The notes under the pieces: model-generated
Told to the model about the DNA's origin: nothing
The model's input: the letters and a program-made list of their open reading frames with translations, nothing else
The model's database searches: none
From: an uncultured Pseudomonadota bacterium
GTDB taxonomy: Bacteria; Pseudomonadota; Gammaproteobacteria; Burkholderiales; CAIKXV01
Direction of reading: 5' to 3'
Length of the DNA: 64,000 bases
Assembly: GCA_903831455.1 (NCBI GenBank)
Contig: CAIKXV010000029.1
Coordinates: forward strand, 1,340-65,339
In this document: in pieces, positions 24,263 through 33,942 of the stretch
Layout of the letters: the number at the start of each line of letters is the position of its first letter
Position numbering within the stretch: the stretch's first letter is position 1
Made by a program: the position numbers and the translations under genes

Positions 24263-25636
24263 TCACGCGCGCGGCCGCTCGCGCATCCAGGCCTCGATAT
24301 CCGCCACGGCCTTGGGCGCATCCGGCGTGAGCACCTCGCACCCGTCTTCGGTGACGAGCACGTCGTCCTCGATGCGGATGCCGATGTTCCAGAAGCGCTC
24401 GGGCACGCCTTCGCCCGGCCGTACATAGCAGCCCGGCTCGACGGTGGTCACGTTGCCGGGCTGCAGGCGCACCCAGTCGCCGGACTCCCGGTCCTTGTAT
24501 TCGCCGGCGTCATGCACGTCGAGGCCGAGCCAGTGTCCGGTGCGGTGCATGTAGAAGCGTCGGTAGTCGCCCGACTCGATCACCCGCTCGACCGGCCCCT
24601 GCAGCAGCCCGAGATCGACGAACCCGCGCGCGAGCACCGCGACCGCCGCATCGTGCGGGGCCTGCCAGCTGGCCCCGGGCGCGACCGCGGCGATGGCTGC
24701 CGCCTGCGCGGCCAGCACGCACTCGTAGAGCGCGCGCTGCTCGCCGGTAAAACGCCCGTCGATCGGGAACGTGCGCGTGATGTCCGATGCGTAGCCGTCC
24801 AGTTCGCAGCCGGCATCGATCAGCAGCAGTTCGCCCGGGCGCAGCGCCGCGTCGTTCTCGACGTAGTGCAACACGCAGGCGTTGGCGCCCGCGGCGACGA
24901 TGGACGGATAGGCCGGGGCCTGCGCGCCGCTGCGCCTGAACTCGTGCAGGAGTTCCGCCTCGACTTCATATTCGTGGCGACCCGGCAGGGCCGCGTGCAT
25001 CGCGCGCCGATGCGCGCGCCCGGAGATCGCGGCCGCCCGGCGCATGGTCGCGATCTCGCCCGCATCCTTGATCCGACGCATCTCGTCGATCGGGCCACGG
25101 ATCTCGGCCAGCAGGTCGGGCGCCCGCACCCCGCTGCGCGCGCGTACCCGTACCGCCGCCAGCCAGCCGGAGACCTGCTGGTTCCAGGCGGCGCTCTCGC
25201 CGAGCACGCAGTGCAGGACGGGCTGGTCGGCCAGCAGGTCGGGCATCCGCGCATCCAGCTCGTCGATGGGATAGGCCTCGTCGAACCCGAAGCGCACGCG
25301 TGCGGCCTCGGGACCGTGGCGGCGCCCGTCCCAGAGTTCGCGATCCGGGTCACGCGGACGGCAGAACAGGATGTGGCGCGGCGTGGCGCCCGCGACCAGC
25401 ACCAGTACCGCCTCGGGCTCGGCAAAGCCGGTCAGATAGAAGAAATGGCTGTCGAACCGGTAGGGGTGGTGGGTGTCTCGATTGCGCACCGACTCGGGCG
25501 CGGTCGCCAGCACGGCGACGCCCTCGCGCAGCCGGACAGCCAGCCGCTCGCGCCGCGCGCGCGCCGGCTGCGCGCAGGGCAGCGCGACGCACTCGCCCGG
25601 GACGGCAACGGGATCGATCGGACGGACTTCGGACAT
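24263..25636 (-). CDS. pepP: Xaa-Pro aminopeptidase
   Basis: YRFDSHFFYLTGFAEPEAVLV.., with metal ligands in LLIDAGCELDGYASDITRTFP, HWLGLDVHD and VTTVEPGCY. GGAG RBS is present. Confidence 0.9.
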   Translation of the reverse strand: MSEVRPIDPVAVPGECVALPCAQPARARRERLAVRLREGVAVLATAPESVRNRDTHHPYRFDSHFFYLTGFAEPEAVLVLVAGATPRHILFCRPRDPDRELWDGRRHGPEAARVRFGFDEAYPIDELDARMPDLLADQPVLHCVLGESAAWNQQVSGWLAAVRVRARSGVRAPDLLAEIRGPIDEMRRIKDAGEIATMRRAAAISGRAHRRAMHAALPGRHEYEVEAELLHEFRRSGAQAPAYPSIVAAGANACVLHYVENDAALRPGELLLIDAGCELDGYASDITRTFPIDGRFTGEQRALYECVLAAQAAAIAAVAPGASWQAPHDAAVAVLARGFVDLGLLQGPVERVIESGDYRRFYMHRTGHWLGLDVHDAGEYKDRESGDWVRLQPGNVTTVEPGCYVRPGEGVPERFWNIGIRIEDDVLVTEDGCEVLTPDAPKAVADIEAWMRERPRA

Positions 25637-25669
25637 GCGCACGCTCCAGGGGACAGCAGGGCCTTGCCG

Positions 25670-25683
25670 GCACCGATTATAGG
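25670..25683 (-). promoter_or_regulatory. Promoter-like element CCTATAATCGGTGC (consensus TATAAT -10) upstream of pepP
   Basis: The minus strand reads CCTATAATCGGTGC about 40 nt upstream of the pepP ATG, in the 59-nt gap after murU. An identical 14-mer occurs at 43757-43770. Confidence 0.4.
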
Positions 25684-25695
25684 GACGGCCTGCGC

Positions 25696-26394
25696 TCAGA
25701 AGCCCTCGCGCAACGCGCGATCGAGTTCGGCCAGCCGCTGCGGCGTACCGATGTCGAACCAGCGCCCGCGATGCCGCTCCGCGCACAGCGCGTCGCGATC
25801 CCGCGCGGCGAACAGCCGGGGCGCCAGCGGCGCCCGGGTACCCGGCACCAGGTCGGCGAACAGCCTGGGGCGGTACACGCCGACACCGGCATAGGTGAGG
25901 CGCTCGTCGCCCGACTGCGGTCGGGACACCACGCGCATCGCGCGCAGGTCGAAATCGCCGGCCGCGTGGTGCGGCGGGTTGTCGACCAGCAGCAGGTGCG
26001 CGTCGATCCGCGGGTCGTCCAGTGCGCGACGCGCACGACCGACGAAGCTCGAGAAGTCGAGGTCGGTCCAGATGTCGCCGTTGACCAGCAGGAAGGGCTC
26101 GTCGTGCGGGAGCAGGCCGCGCTCGAGCGCGAGCGCGATGCCGCCGGCCGTCTCCAGCGCCTCGCCCTCGCGCGACCAGTCGATCCGCAGGCCGTGCGCC
26201 CGACCGTCGCCGAGCGCCTGCTCCAGGCGCTCGCCCAGGTGCGCAGTGTTCACCACCACCCGCGAGAGCCCTGCGCGCGCCAGCGCATCGAGCAGATGCG
26301 CGATCAGCGCGCGGCCTCCCGCGGGCAGCAGCGGCTTCGGACACCGGTCGGTCAGGGGCCGCATCCGCTCGCCGCGTCCGGCGGCGAGGATCAT
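25696..26394 (-). CDS. murU: N-acetylmuramate alpha-1-phosphate uridylyltransferase-like nucleotidyltransferase
   Basis: MILAAGRGERMRPLTDRCPKPLL is the NTP-transferase G-rich loop. It is paired with an AmgK-like kinase next to lptD-surA-pdxA-rsmA, as in Pseudomonas. Confidence 0.8.
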   Translation of the reverse strand: MILAAGRGERMRPLTDRCPKPLLPAGGRALIAHLLDALARAGLSRVVVNTAHLGERLEQALGDGRAHGLRIDWSREGEALETAGGIALALERGLLPHDEPFLLVNGDIWTDLDFSSFVGRARRALDDPRIDAHLLLVDNPPHHAAGDFDLRAMRVVSRPQSGDERLTYAGVGVYRPRLFADLVPGTRAPLAPRLFAARDRDALCAERHRGRWFDIGTPQRLAELDRALREGF

Positions 26395-26399
26395 GGCGA

Positions 26400-27485
26400 T
26401 CACGAGGCGACCGACCGATGGAAGGACAGTCCGCCGGCGACCGGCTCGACATCGAGCCAGCGCAGCAGTGGCGACAACTCCGCATAGCGGCCGCAGGCCG
26501 CGATCAGGTAGCGTCGAACCCTCGGGATGTCGGCCAGGTAGCGATGCTTGCCGTCGCGGTGAGCCAGCCGGGCGAAGATGCCCATCACCTTCAGGTGCCG
26601 CTGCACGCCCATCCACTCGAAGTCGCGATAGAACGTCCCGAAGTCATCGGGCAGCGCGATCCCCGCCTCGCGAGCCGCCTCCCAGTAGCGGATGGCGCGG
26701 TCGATCACCACCGACTCCTCGGCGTCGACATAGGCGTCGCGCAGCAGCGAGACGAGGTCGTAGGTCACCGGCCCGAGCACGGCATCCTGGAAATCGAGCA
26801 CCCCCAGCCCCTCGGGGCTCGCCATGAGATTGCGCGAGTGGTAGTCGCGATGCACGAACACGCGCGGCTGGGCGAGGCTGCCGTCGACGATGCGCACGAA
26901 CACGGCCTCGAGGGAGGCCCGGTCGCGTTCGGCGAGCGGTTGGCCGAGATGCCGATCGAGATACCAGTCGGGAAACAGCGCGAGTTCCCGCGACAGCAGC
27001 GCCCGGTCGTAGGGCGCCAGCCCCCGCGCAGCGATCGCCTGCATGCGCACCAGCGTGGCGATGGCATCGCGGTACAGCCGCTCTTCCCGGTCGGGGCCTG
27101 CGCCGGCCAGCACGTCGAGCAGGGTGTCGCGACCGAGGTCGGTGAGCAGCAGGTAGCCCTGTTCGGACTGCGCGATGACCCTGGGAGCCCGGATCCCCGC
27201 GGCCTCGAGCAGGGCGGCGACCGCGACGAAGGGCCCGCAGTCCTCGTGCGCGGGCGGGGCGTCCATCACGATCAGCGTACGCGCGGGCGCGGGCGTCGTC
27301 AGCCGGAAGTAGCGGCGGAAGCTCGCATCGGCCGAAGCCGGCTCGAGCACGACCGGCCCTTCGGCGCCCAGCACCGCCCCCGCCCAGGCGGCGGCGGCCT
27401 CGCGCCGCGGATCTTCGTCCTTCGCGGGCATCGCGACGAGGTCATCGGGCCGGGGGGGCATGCGGGCGTCGGGGTCGGTCTCCAT
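26400..27485 (-). CDS. amgK: Anomeric MurNAc/GlcNAc kinase-like phosphotransferase (APH family)
   Basis: ASFRRYFRL..VFVHRDYHSRNLM..LGVLDFQDA are the APH/ChoK catalytic motifs. It lies 5 nt upstream of murU. Confidence 0.8.
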   Translation of the reverse strand: METDPDARMPPRPDDLVAMPAKDEDPRREAAAAWAGAVLGAEGPVVLEPASADASFRRYFRLTTPAPARTLIVMDAPPAHEDCGPFVAVAALLEAAGIRAPRVIAQSEQGYLLLTDLGRDTLLDVLAGAGPDREERLYRDAIATLVRMQAIAARGLAPYDRALLSRELALFPDWYLDRHLGQPLAERDRASLEAVFVRIVDGSLAQPRVFVHRDYHSRNLMASPEGLGVLDFQDAVLGPVTYDLVSLLRDAYVDAEESVVIDRAIRYWEAAREAGIALPDDFGTFYRDFEWMGVQRHLKVMGIFARLAHRDGKHRYLADIPRVRRYLIAACGRYAELSPLLRWLDVEPVAGGLSFHRSVAS

Positions 27486-27493
27486 GGCCGTCG

Positions 27494-27499
27494 ATTATC
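27494..27499 (-). promoter_or_regulatory. GATAAT -10-like hexamer 8 nt upstream of the amgK ATG
   Basis: The minus strand reads GATAATcgacggccATG. No purine-rich SD precedes any candidate ATG. Confidence 0.3.
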
Positions 27500-27582
27500 G
27501 CGCAGCGCGGCGCGCATCCCGCGATTGCCTGGCCTGGCGATTTGTGCGAACGTTTCGGCGCCGCTTCCACCATTGCTCCCTC

Positions 27583-29835
27583 ATGCGCCGTTCGACCTGC
27601 CGGCTGGCATGCGCGGCGCTGCTGGCGCTGGGACCGGGCGTCGGCCACGCCCAGGCTCCGGCGCCCGGCCTGAGCCTGCGCACCGAACCGGATCTCCTCC
27701 GCATCCCGGCCGACCGCCGCGATCCGCTGCCCCTCTTCATCGAGGCCGACCGGCTCTACGGCCAGGGCCGCGAGGAGATCGAAGCCGAGGGCAACGCAGT
27801 GCTCCGCCGGCGGGGCCAGGCACTGTTTGCCGACCGCATCCGCCACACCGCCAGCGACGGGGATGTCACCGCCGAGGGCAGCGTGGTCCTGGTGCACCGC
27901 CTGAACGAGGTGCGCGGCCCCTACCTGTTCCTCAACATCGTGCGCGAGACCGGCTTCATGGAGTGGCCGGACTACTTCCTGCCCGAATTCGGCGGCCGCG
28001 GCTCCGCCCGGCGGATGTTCATCGAAGCCGAGGACCGCCTGCGCGTGGAGCGTGCCGAGTACACCACCTGCGGCCCGGGCGTGGACGACTGGTACATCCG
28101 GGCCGACGAACTGCTGATCGACCAGTCCCGCAACAGCGGTCTCGCCCGCGGGGCCACGCTCGAGTTCCTCGGCGTACCGATCTTCTACACGCCGGTGCTC
28201 TCGTTTCCGCTGTCTGCCGAGCGCAAGTCGGGGTTTCTCGCCCCCACGCTGTCGATCTCCGGCCGCAACGGTCCGGAGGTCTTCACGCCCTACTACTGGG
28301 CCATCGCGCCGAACCGCGACTACACCGCCACGCCGCGACTGATCACGCGCCGCGGCGTGCAACTGGGCAACGAGTTCCGCTATCTCGAACCCGACTACCG
28401 CGGCGAACTCCGGGCGGAATACCTGCCCTCTGACCGCGTGACCCAGGACAACCGCTACCTGCTCGCCGCACGGCACCTGCACTCGTTCGGCACCGACGCC
28501 CTCGGCGGTCGCTGGACGGGGGTGGTCGACATGCAGAAGGTGTCCGACGACTTCTACTTCCGCGACCTGTCCACCCGCATCGCGCTCACCTCGCAGGCCA
28601 ACCTGCTGCGCGACGCCACCCTTGCCCGCCTGTCCGAGTCGGGCACGCTGATCGCGCGCATGCAGCGCTTCCAGACCCTGCAGGATCCGCTCGCTCCGGT
28701 CACCCCGCCGTACGCACGACTGCCGCAGGTCGCGCTGAACAGTTCGCGCCTGGACGTGAACGGCTTCGACCTCGGGATGGCCGCCGAGTACGTCAACTTC
28801 TCCCACCCCACGCTGCCGCGTGGCCAGCGTACCGTCTTCAACCCCAGCATCACGTTGCCGCTGCAGAACGAGTACGGGTTCGTGCGGCCGCGCATCGCGC
28901 TGCACGCCACGCACTATGCGATGGACCCGCAGTCCTCCAGCCTGCCCGCGTCGACGCGGGTGCTCCCGATCATGTCCGTGGACAGCGGCGTCGTGTTCGA
29001 GCGCGATACCCGGATGTTCTCGCGCGACCTCGTGCAGACCCTCGAGCCGCGGCTGTTCTACGCCTACATTCCGTATCGCGACCAGTCGAAGCTCCCGGTC
29101 TTCGACAGCGCGCTCCCCGACCCCAGCCTGGTCACGCTGTTCCAGGAAAACCTCTACTCGGGCAGCGATCGCATCGCCGACGCGAACCAGATCACCGCCG
29201 GGGCGGTCTCGCGGCTGATCGATCCCGCGAACGGGCACGAGCGGCTGCGCCTCGCGCTCGCCCAGCGGTTCTACATGCAGGACCTGCAGGTCAGCCTGCC
29301 GGGCACCAACGGTCGAGACCGCTCGAAATCCGACCTGCTCGCCGCGGTCTCGGCGCGACTCGTGCCGGCTTGGAGCGTGGAGGCAGGTGCGCAGTACAGC
29401 ACTTCGCAGTCGCAGTTCGCCCGCCAGGCGCTCGGGGTACGCTACATGCCCGAGCCCGGTCGCCTGGTCAACGCCGCCTATCGTTACAACCGGGGCCAGC
29501 TCGAGCAACTGGACTTCTCCGGGCAGTGGCGATTCTCCGACCGCTGGTCGACGCTCGGCCGCTACAACTTCTCGCTGAGCGACCGCTCGATTCTGGAGGC
29601 GCTCGCTGGCTTCCAGTATGATGAAGCATGCTGGAGCTTCCGGTTCATCGCCAGCCGCATTGCCGTCGCCACGCAGCAGGCCAACACCACCCTCTTCTTC
29701 CAGATCGAGCTGCGAGGCCTCTCGCGCGTAGGGTCCAACCCGCTCGAACTCCTCCGGCGCAGCATCCCCGGCTACACCGAAACCGAGGTGAACCGGCTGC
29801 AGCCGCCCGATGAGCTCCCGTACCCGATGCGCTAG
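27583..29835 (+). CDS. lptD: LPS-assembly outer-membrane protein LptD
   Basis: Signal peptide MRRSTCRLACAALLALGPGVGHAQA. An OstA-like N-domain is followed by a large beta-barrel. It is followed by surA-pdxA-rsmA. Confidence 0.9.
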   Translation: MRRSTCRLACAALLALGPGVGHAQAPAPGLSLRTEPDLLRIPADRRDPLPLFIEADRLYGQGREEIEAEGNAVLRRRGQALFADRIRHTASDGDVTAEGSVVLVHRLNEVRGPYLFLNIVRETGFMEWPDYFLPEFGGRGSARRMFIEAEDRLRVERAEYTTCGPGVDDWYIRADELLIDQSRNSGLARGATLEFLGVPIFYTPVLSFPLSAERKSGFLAPTLSISGRNGPEVFTPYYWAIAPNRDYTATPRLITRRGVQLGNEFRYLEPDYRGELRAEYLPSDRVTQDNRYLLAARHLHSFGTDALGGRWTGVVDMQKVSDDFYFRDLSTRIALTSQANLLRDATLARLSESGTLIARMQRFQTLQDPLAPVTPPYARLPQVALNSSRLDVNGFDLGMAAEYVNFSHPTLPRGQRTVFNPSITLPLQNEYGFVRPRIALHATHYAMDPQSSSLPASTRVLPIMSVDSGVVFERDTRMFSRDLVQTLEPRLFYAYIPYRDQSKLPVFDSALPDPSLVTLFQENLYSGSDRIADANQITAGAVSRLIDPANGHERLRLALAQRFYMQDLQVSLPGTNGRDRSKSDLLAAVSARLVPAWSVEAGAQYSTSQSQFARQALGVRYMPEPGRLVNAAYRYNRGQLEQLDFSGQWRFSDRWSTLGRYNFSLSDRSILEALAGFQYDEACWSFRFIASRIAVATQQANTTLFFQIELRGLSRVGSNPLELLRRSIPGYTETEVNRLQPPDELPYPMR

Positions 29836-29860
29836 CGCAGGCCGCCGCGCCCGATTCCCG

Positions 29861-31207
29861 ATGACCTCCCGCGCATCGCCACTCCCCACCCCTGGCGCTC
29901 GCCCCGGACGCGCACTGGCCCTCGCGCTCGTGGTCGCGCTCGCGCCGTTGCCGGCCTTCGGCCAGGCGGGCACCCCGCGCAAGGTGCTGACCCTCGATCG
30001 CATCGTTGCGGTGGTCAACGGCGAGGTCGTCACGCGGCACGATCTCAACCAGCGCGTCCGCCTCGTCTCCGCCCAGCTCGCGCAGCAGAAGACCCCGCTG
30101 CCGGCCGCGGACGTGCTCGAGCGGCAGGTACTCGAGCGGGTGATCTCCGACCGCGTCCTGCTCCAGCACGCGCGCGACAGTGGCATCCGCATCGAGGACG
30201 GGCAGCTCGAGAAGATCCTCGCGCGGGTGGCCGCCGACAACAAGATGAGCCTGCCCGAATTCCGCCAGGCCCTCGAACGCGACGGCCTGTCCTTCGCACG
30301 TTTCCGGGAAGACATCCGCGACGAGGTGACCCTGGTGCGGCTGCGCGAGCGGGAGGTCGACTCCCGCATCGTCGTCACCGAGGCCGAGATCGACAACTTC
30401 CTCAGGACGCGCGAAACCCAGCAGGGCGCGGCCGAGGAACTCGCACTCGCACACATCCTCGTGCGGCTGCCCGAAGGCGCCTCCCCCGAGCAGATCGCCG
30501 AGCGCCGCGCGCGGGCCGAGCAGGCATTGCTGGCGGTACGCGGCGGCGCGGACTTCGGCCAGATCGCCGCATCCTTCTCCGACGCTCCCGACGCCCTGAA
30601 AGGCGGCGACATGGGGTCCCGACCGCTCGACCGCTGGCCCGTGCTGTTCGCCGAAGCCAGCCGCACCCTCAAGGTCGGCGATGTCTCCGGCGTGCTGCGC
30701 AGCCCCGCCGGCTTCCATATCCTGCGGGTGTCGGCACGCCGCGCCTCGAGCTCGCCGGTCATCGTCCAGCAGACGCGCGCGCGCCACATCCTCATCCGCA
30801 TCAACGAGCTCGCCTCGGAGAACGACGCCCGCAACCGGCTCAGCGTCCTGCGCGATCGCATCGCGAACGGCGCGTCCTTCAACGAACTCGCGCGTCTTCA
30901 TTCCGACGACGGCAGCGCGGCACGTGGAGGGGAACTGGGCTGGCTGTCGCCCGGCGATACCGTCCCCGAATTCGAGCGCGCGATGGACGCGCTCAAGCCC
31001 GGGGAGTTGAGCCCGCCGGTGCGCACCGATTTCGGGATGCACCTGATCCAGGTCGCCGAGCGTCGCAGCGAGGATCTGACCGCCGAGCGCCAGCGGCTGC
31101 TCGCCCGCCAGACGATCCGCGCACGCAAGGCCGACGAGGCGGTGCAGGAATGGGTGCGCCAGTTGCGCGACCGCGCGTTCGTCAGCATCCGGCTCGACGA
31201 ACCCTGA
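29861..31207 (+). CDS. surA: Periplasmic chaperone / peptidyl-prolyl isomerase SurA
   Basis: It has a signal peptide and two parvulin-like PPIase segments (..FHILRV.. / ..GMHLIQV..). Synteny supports the call. Confidence 0.9.
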   Translation: MTSRASPLPTPGARPGRALALALVVALAPLPAFGQAGTPRKVLTLDRIVAVVNGEVVTRHDLNQRVRLVSAQLAQQKTPLPAADVLERQVLERVISDRVLLQHARDSGIRIEDGQLEKILARVAADNKMSLPEFRQALERDGLSFARFREDIRDEVTLVRLREREVDSRIVVTEAEIDNFLRTRETQQGAAEELALAHILVRLPEGASPEQIAERRARAEQALLAVRGGADFGQIAASFSDAPDALKGGDMGSRPLDRWPVLFAEASRTLKVGDVSGVLRSPAGFHILRVSARRASSSPVIVQQTRARHILIRINELASENDARNRLSVLRDRIANGASFNELARLHSDDGSAARGGELGWLSPGDTVPEFERAMDALKPGELSPPVRTDFGMHLIQVAERRSEDLTAERQRLLARQTIRARKADEAVQEWVRQLRDRAFVSIRLDEP

Positions 31208-31213
31208 ACGCCC

Positions 31214-32227
31214 GTGAGCGCCGTACCCGCCCGGGGCGAGTCCGTGGTCTCGATCACCGTCGGCGAGCCCGCCGGCATCGGGCCCGATCTCTGCGTGAGC
31301 CTGGCGCTGTCGCCGCCCGCGGGCGCGCGCCTGCTGCTGCTGGGCGATGCGATGGTGCTGGAGGCGCGGGCGCGCGCGCTCGGGGCCGCGGTGAGCTTCG
31401 ACCGGCTGGGCGCGGATGATCCCGTGCCCGCAGCGCGCCCCGGCCACCTGCCCGTGCTGCATGTCCCGGTCGCGGCCCCGGTGCGCGCCGGGATGCTCGA
31501 TACCGCCAACGCAAGCCATGTGCTGCAGCTGATCGACACCGCCGTGGACGGCTGCCTGTCCGGCCGCCAGGCCGCCATGGTCACCTGCCCGGTGCACAAG
31601 GGGGTGATCAACGACGCCGGCATCGCCTTCACCGGCCATACCGAGCGCCTGGCCGAGCGCACCGGTACCGATCGGGTGGTCATGATGCTGAGCGGCGGCG
31701 GGATGCGGGTCGCGCTCGCCACCACCCACCTGCCGCTCGCGGCGGTACCCGCAGCCATCACGCCGGCCCTGCTCGACGCCACGCTCGCCGTGATGCACGC
31801 GGCCCTGCGCCGCGACTTCGGGATCGACTCGCCTCGCATCCTGGTCGCGGGCCTGAACCCCCATGCGGGGGAAGGCGGACACCTCGGTCGCGAGGAGATC
31901 GAGACCATCGGGCCGGCGCTGGCTCGGGCCCGCGCCCTGGGCATCGATGCCCGCGGGCCGTTGCCTGCGGACACGCTGTTCAATCCGGACCGGCTCGCCG
32001 AGGCCGACGCGGTGCTGGCGATGTATCACGACCAGGGACTGCCCGTCCTCAAGCACGCAAGCTTCGGGCGCGGGGTCAACATCACCCTGGGCATGCCGAT
32101 CGTCCGCACCTCGGTAGACCACGGCACGGCGCTCGATCTCGCGGGCAGCGGCAGGGCCGATCCCGGCAGCCTTCGCGAGGCCGTGGTCGAGGCGATCGCC
32201 ATCGCACGCCGCCGCGCGCATCCCTGA
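31214..32227 (+). CDS. pdxA: 4-hydroxythreonine-4-phosphate dehydrogenase
   Basis: ITVGEPAGIGPDL..GHTE..AGLNPHAGEGG..HDQGL..TSVDHGTA are PdxA motifs. Confidence 0.95.
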   Translation: MSAVPARGESVVSITVGEPAGIGPDLCVSLALSPPAGARLLLLGDAMVLEARARALGAAVSFDRLGADDPVPAARPGHLPVLHVPVAAPVRAGMLDTANASHVLQLIDTAVDGCLSGRQAAMVTCPVHKGVINDAGIAFTGHTERLAERTGTDRVVMMLSGGGMRVALATTHLPLAAVPAAITPALLDATLAVMHAALRRDFGIDSPRILVAGLNPHAGEGGHLGREEIETIGPALARARALGIDARGPLPADTLFNPDRLAEADAVLAMYHDQGLPVLKHASFGRGVNITLGMPIVRTSVDHGTALDLAGSGRADPGSLREAVVEAIAIARRRAHP

Positions 32228-32232
32228 AGACC

Positions 32233-33060
32233 GTGGACGCGCACCGCGCCCGGCGCCGCTTCGGCCAGAACTTCCTCGTCGACCCGGGAGCCATCGCGGC
32301 CATCGTTGCCGCGGTCGACCCGCGCCCCGGCGACACGGTCGTGGAGATCGGCCCCGGGCTGGGTGCCCTGACCGGGCCGCTCGCCCGGGCGGCAGGCGAG
32401 CTTCACGTGATCGAACTCGACCGCGATCTCGCCTCGACCCTGCCTGCGCGACTGCCCGGAGCGGCGCTGAACATCCACCAGGGCGACGTACTGCGCTTCG
32501 ACTTCGACAGGTTGCCGCCGCCCCTGCGGGTGGTGGGTAATCTCCCCTACAACATCTCCTCCCCGATCCTGTTGCGGCTGGTCGACATCGCCGATCGACT
32601 GCGTGACGCGCACGTCATGCTCCAGCGCGAAGTCGCCCTGCGGATCGCCGCCGACCCGGGCACGGGCGACTACGGCCGCCTGTCGGTCGTCCTGCAGTAC
32701 CGATTCGAGGTCGAGCACCTGTTCGACCTCGGCCCGCATGCCTTCCGCCCCGCACCGAAGGTCCACTCGAGCGTGGTGCGCCTGCAGCCGAGGCCCGCGA
32801 CGCGACCCCGCGCACGCGACGAGCACGCGTTCTCGCGCGTGGTGCAGGCAGCGTTCTCGCAGCGGCGCAAGATGCTGCGCAACACGCTGCGCGGCCTGTT
32901 CGACGAGGCACGACTGGCCGCGCTGGGCGTGGATCCGGCCGCGCGCGCCGAGACGCTCGAGGTGTCGGACTTCATCCGGCTGGCGGACGCCTGCCCGGCC
33001 GCAGCGCCCGGTGAGGTACTGCCCGAGGATCCGTCGATCGGCGCAGGCCCGCGCGCGTAG
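32233..33060 (+). CDS. rsmA: 16S rRNA (adenine1518/1519-N6)-dimethyltransferase
   Basis: RRRFGQNFLVD..VVEIGPGLGALT..VVGNLPYNISSPIL is the KsgA signature. Confidence 0.95.
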   Translation: MDAHRARRRFGQNFLVDPGAIAAIVAAVDPRPGDTVVEIGPGLGALTGPLARAAGELHVIELDRDLASTLPARLPGAALNIHQGDVLRFDFDRLPPPLRVVGNLPYNISSPILLRLVDIADRLRDAHVMLQREVALRIAADPGTGDYGRLSVVLQYRFEVEHLFDLGPHAFRPAPKVHSSVVRLQPRPATRPRARDEHAFSRVVQAAFSQRRKMLRNTLRGLFDEARLAALGVDPAARAETLEVSDFIRLADACPAAAPGEVLPEDPSIGAGPRA

Positions 33061-33248
33061 TCGCCCGGGCCCCAGGGACACCCGAAGGGCCGCGGCGCAC
33101 TGCACGCCGGGCCGCAGGCGTCCGGTCAGCCGGAGGCGCGATGACGTGGGCGAGGCGGGTGACCTCCTGGGCGTCCGGGTCCCGCCGTTCGGGCGGGGTC
33201 CGGCATGCCGCAGGCCGCGGCCGCGGCGGTCGATCGGTCCGAGCGGGA

Positions 33249-33641
33249 CTAAGCCTGGCTGCCGCGCTGGATGAACTCGATCTTGTAGCCGTCCGGGTCC
33301 TCGACGAAGGCGATCACGGTCGTGCCGTGCTTCATCGGACCGGCCTCGCGGGTCACCTTGCCACCGCGCGCGCGAACGCGCTCGCAGGCAGCCGCCGCGT
33401 CCTCGACCTCGACGGCCACGTGGCCGTAGCCCGTGCCGAGATCGTAGCGATCGGTGTCCCAGTTGTGGGTGAGTTCGAGGACGGCGGCGCGGGCCTCGTC
33501 GTCGTAACCGACGAACGCGTTGGTGAAGCGACCCCCGGGATAGTCCTTGCGCCGGAGCAGCCTCATGCCGAGCACCTCGGTATAGAACGCGATCGAGCGT
33601 TCGAGGTTGCCGACCCGGATCATGGTGTGCAGCAGGCGCAC
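33249..33641 (-). CDS. gloA: Lactoylglutathione lyase (glyoxalase I)
   Basis: [46 protein letters not shown]. Confidence 0.95.
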   Translation of the reverse strand: MRLLHTMIRVGNLERSIAFYTEVLGMRLLRRKDYPGGRFTNAFVGYDDEARAAVLELTHNWDTDRYDLGTGYGHVAVEVEDAAAACERVRARGGKVTREAGPMKHGTTVIAFVEDPDGYKIEFIQRGSQA

Positions 33642-33642
33642 G

Positions 33643-33828
33643 TCAGATCTCGACCATCTCGAAGTCTTCCTTGCGTGCGCCGCACTCCGGGCAGGTCCAG
33701 TTGGGCGGCACGTCCTCCCAGCGCGTACCGGGCGCGATGCCTTCCTCGGGCGATCCGGCTTCCTCGCTGTAGATCCAGCCGCAGACCAGGCACATCCACG
33801 ACTTGAAGGGGGCGTTGGCGTCGCTCAT
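33643..33828 (-). CDS. Rubredoxin
   Basis: 61 aa with two CxxC pairs: [10 protein letters not shown] and WTCPECGA. Confidence 0.95.
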   Translation of the reverse strand: MSDANAPFKSWMCLVCGWIYSEEAGSPEEGIAPGTRWEDVPPNWTCPECGARKEDFEMVEI

Positions 33829-33942
33829 GAGCAGGTTTCCCGATGGGGTTGCGCCGGGCGCCGCGATGGGCTTGCGGCGAAGTGTCTACAATGCACCGAA
33901 CCGAATCGAAGTGTAACCGAAGGCCGTCCGGCCCTGATCCCG

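Noticed and set aside
33829-33942. Possible TPP (THI-box) riboswitch upstream of thiD-thiE.
   Set aside because: GGGGTTGC and GAACCGAATCG vaguely recall THI-box segments. The invariant CUGAGA and the ACCUGAUCUGGAUAAUGCCAGCG-type core are absent. The 114-nt spacer is better explained as divergent promoters (TACAAT at 33886-33891).
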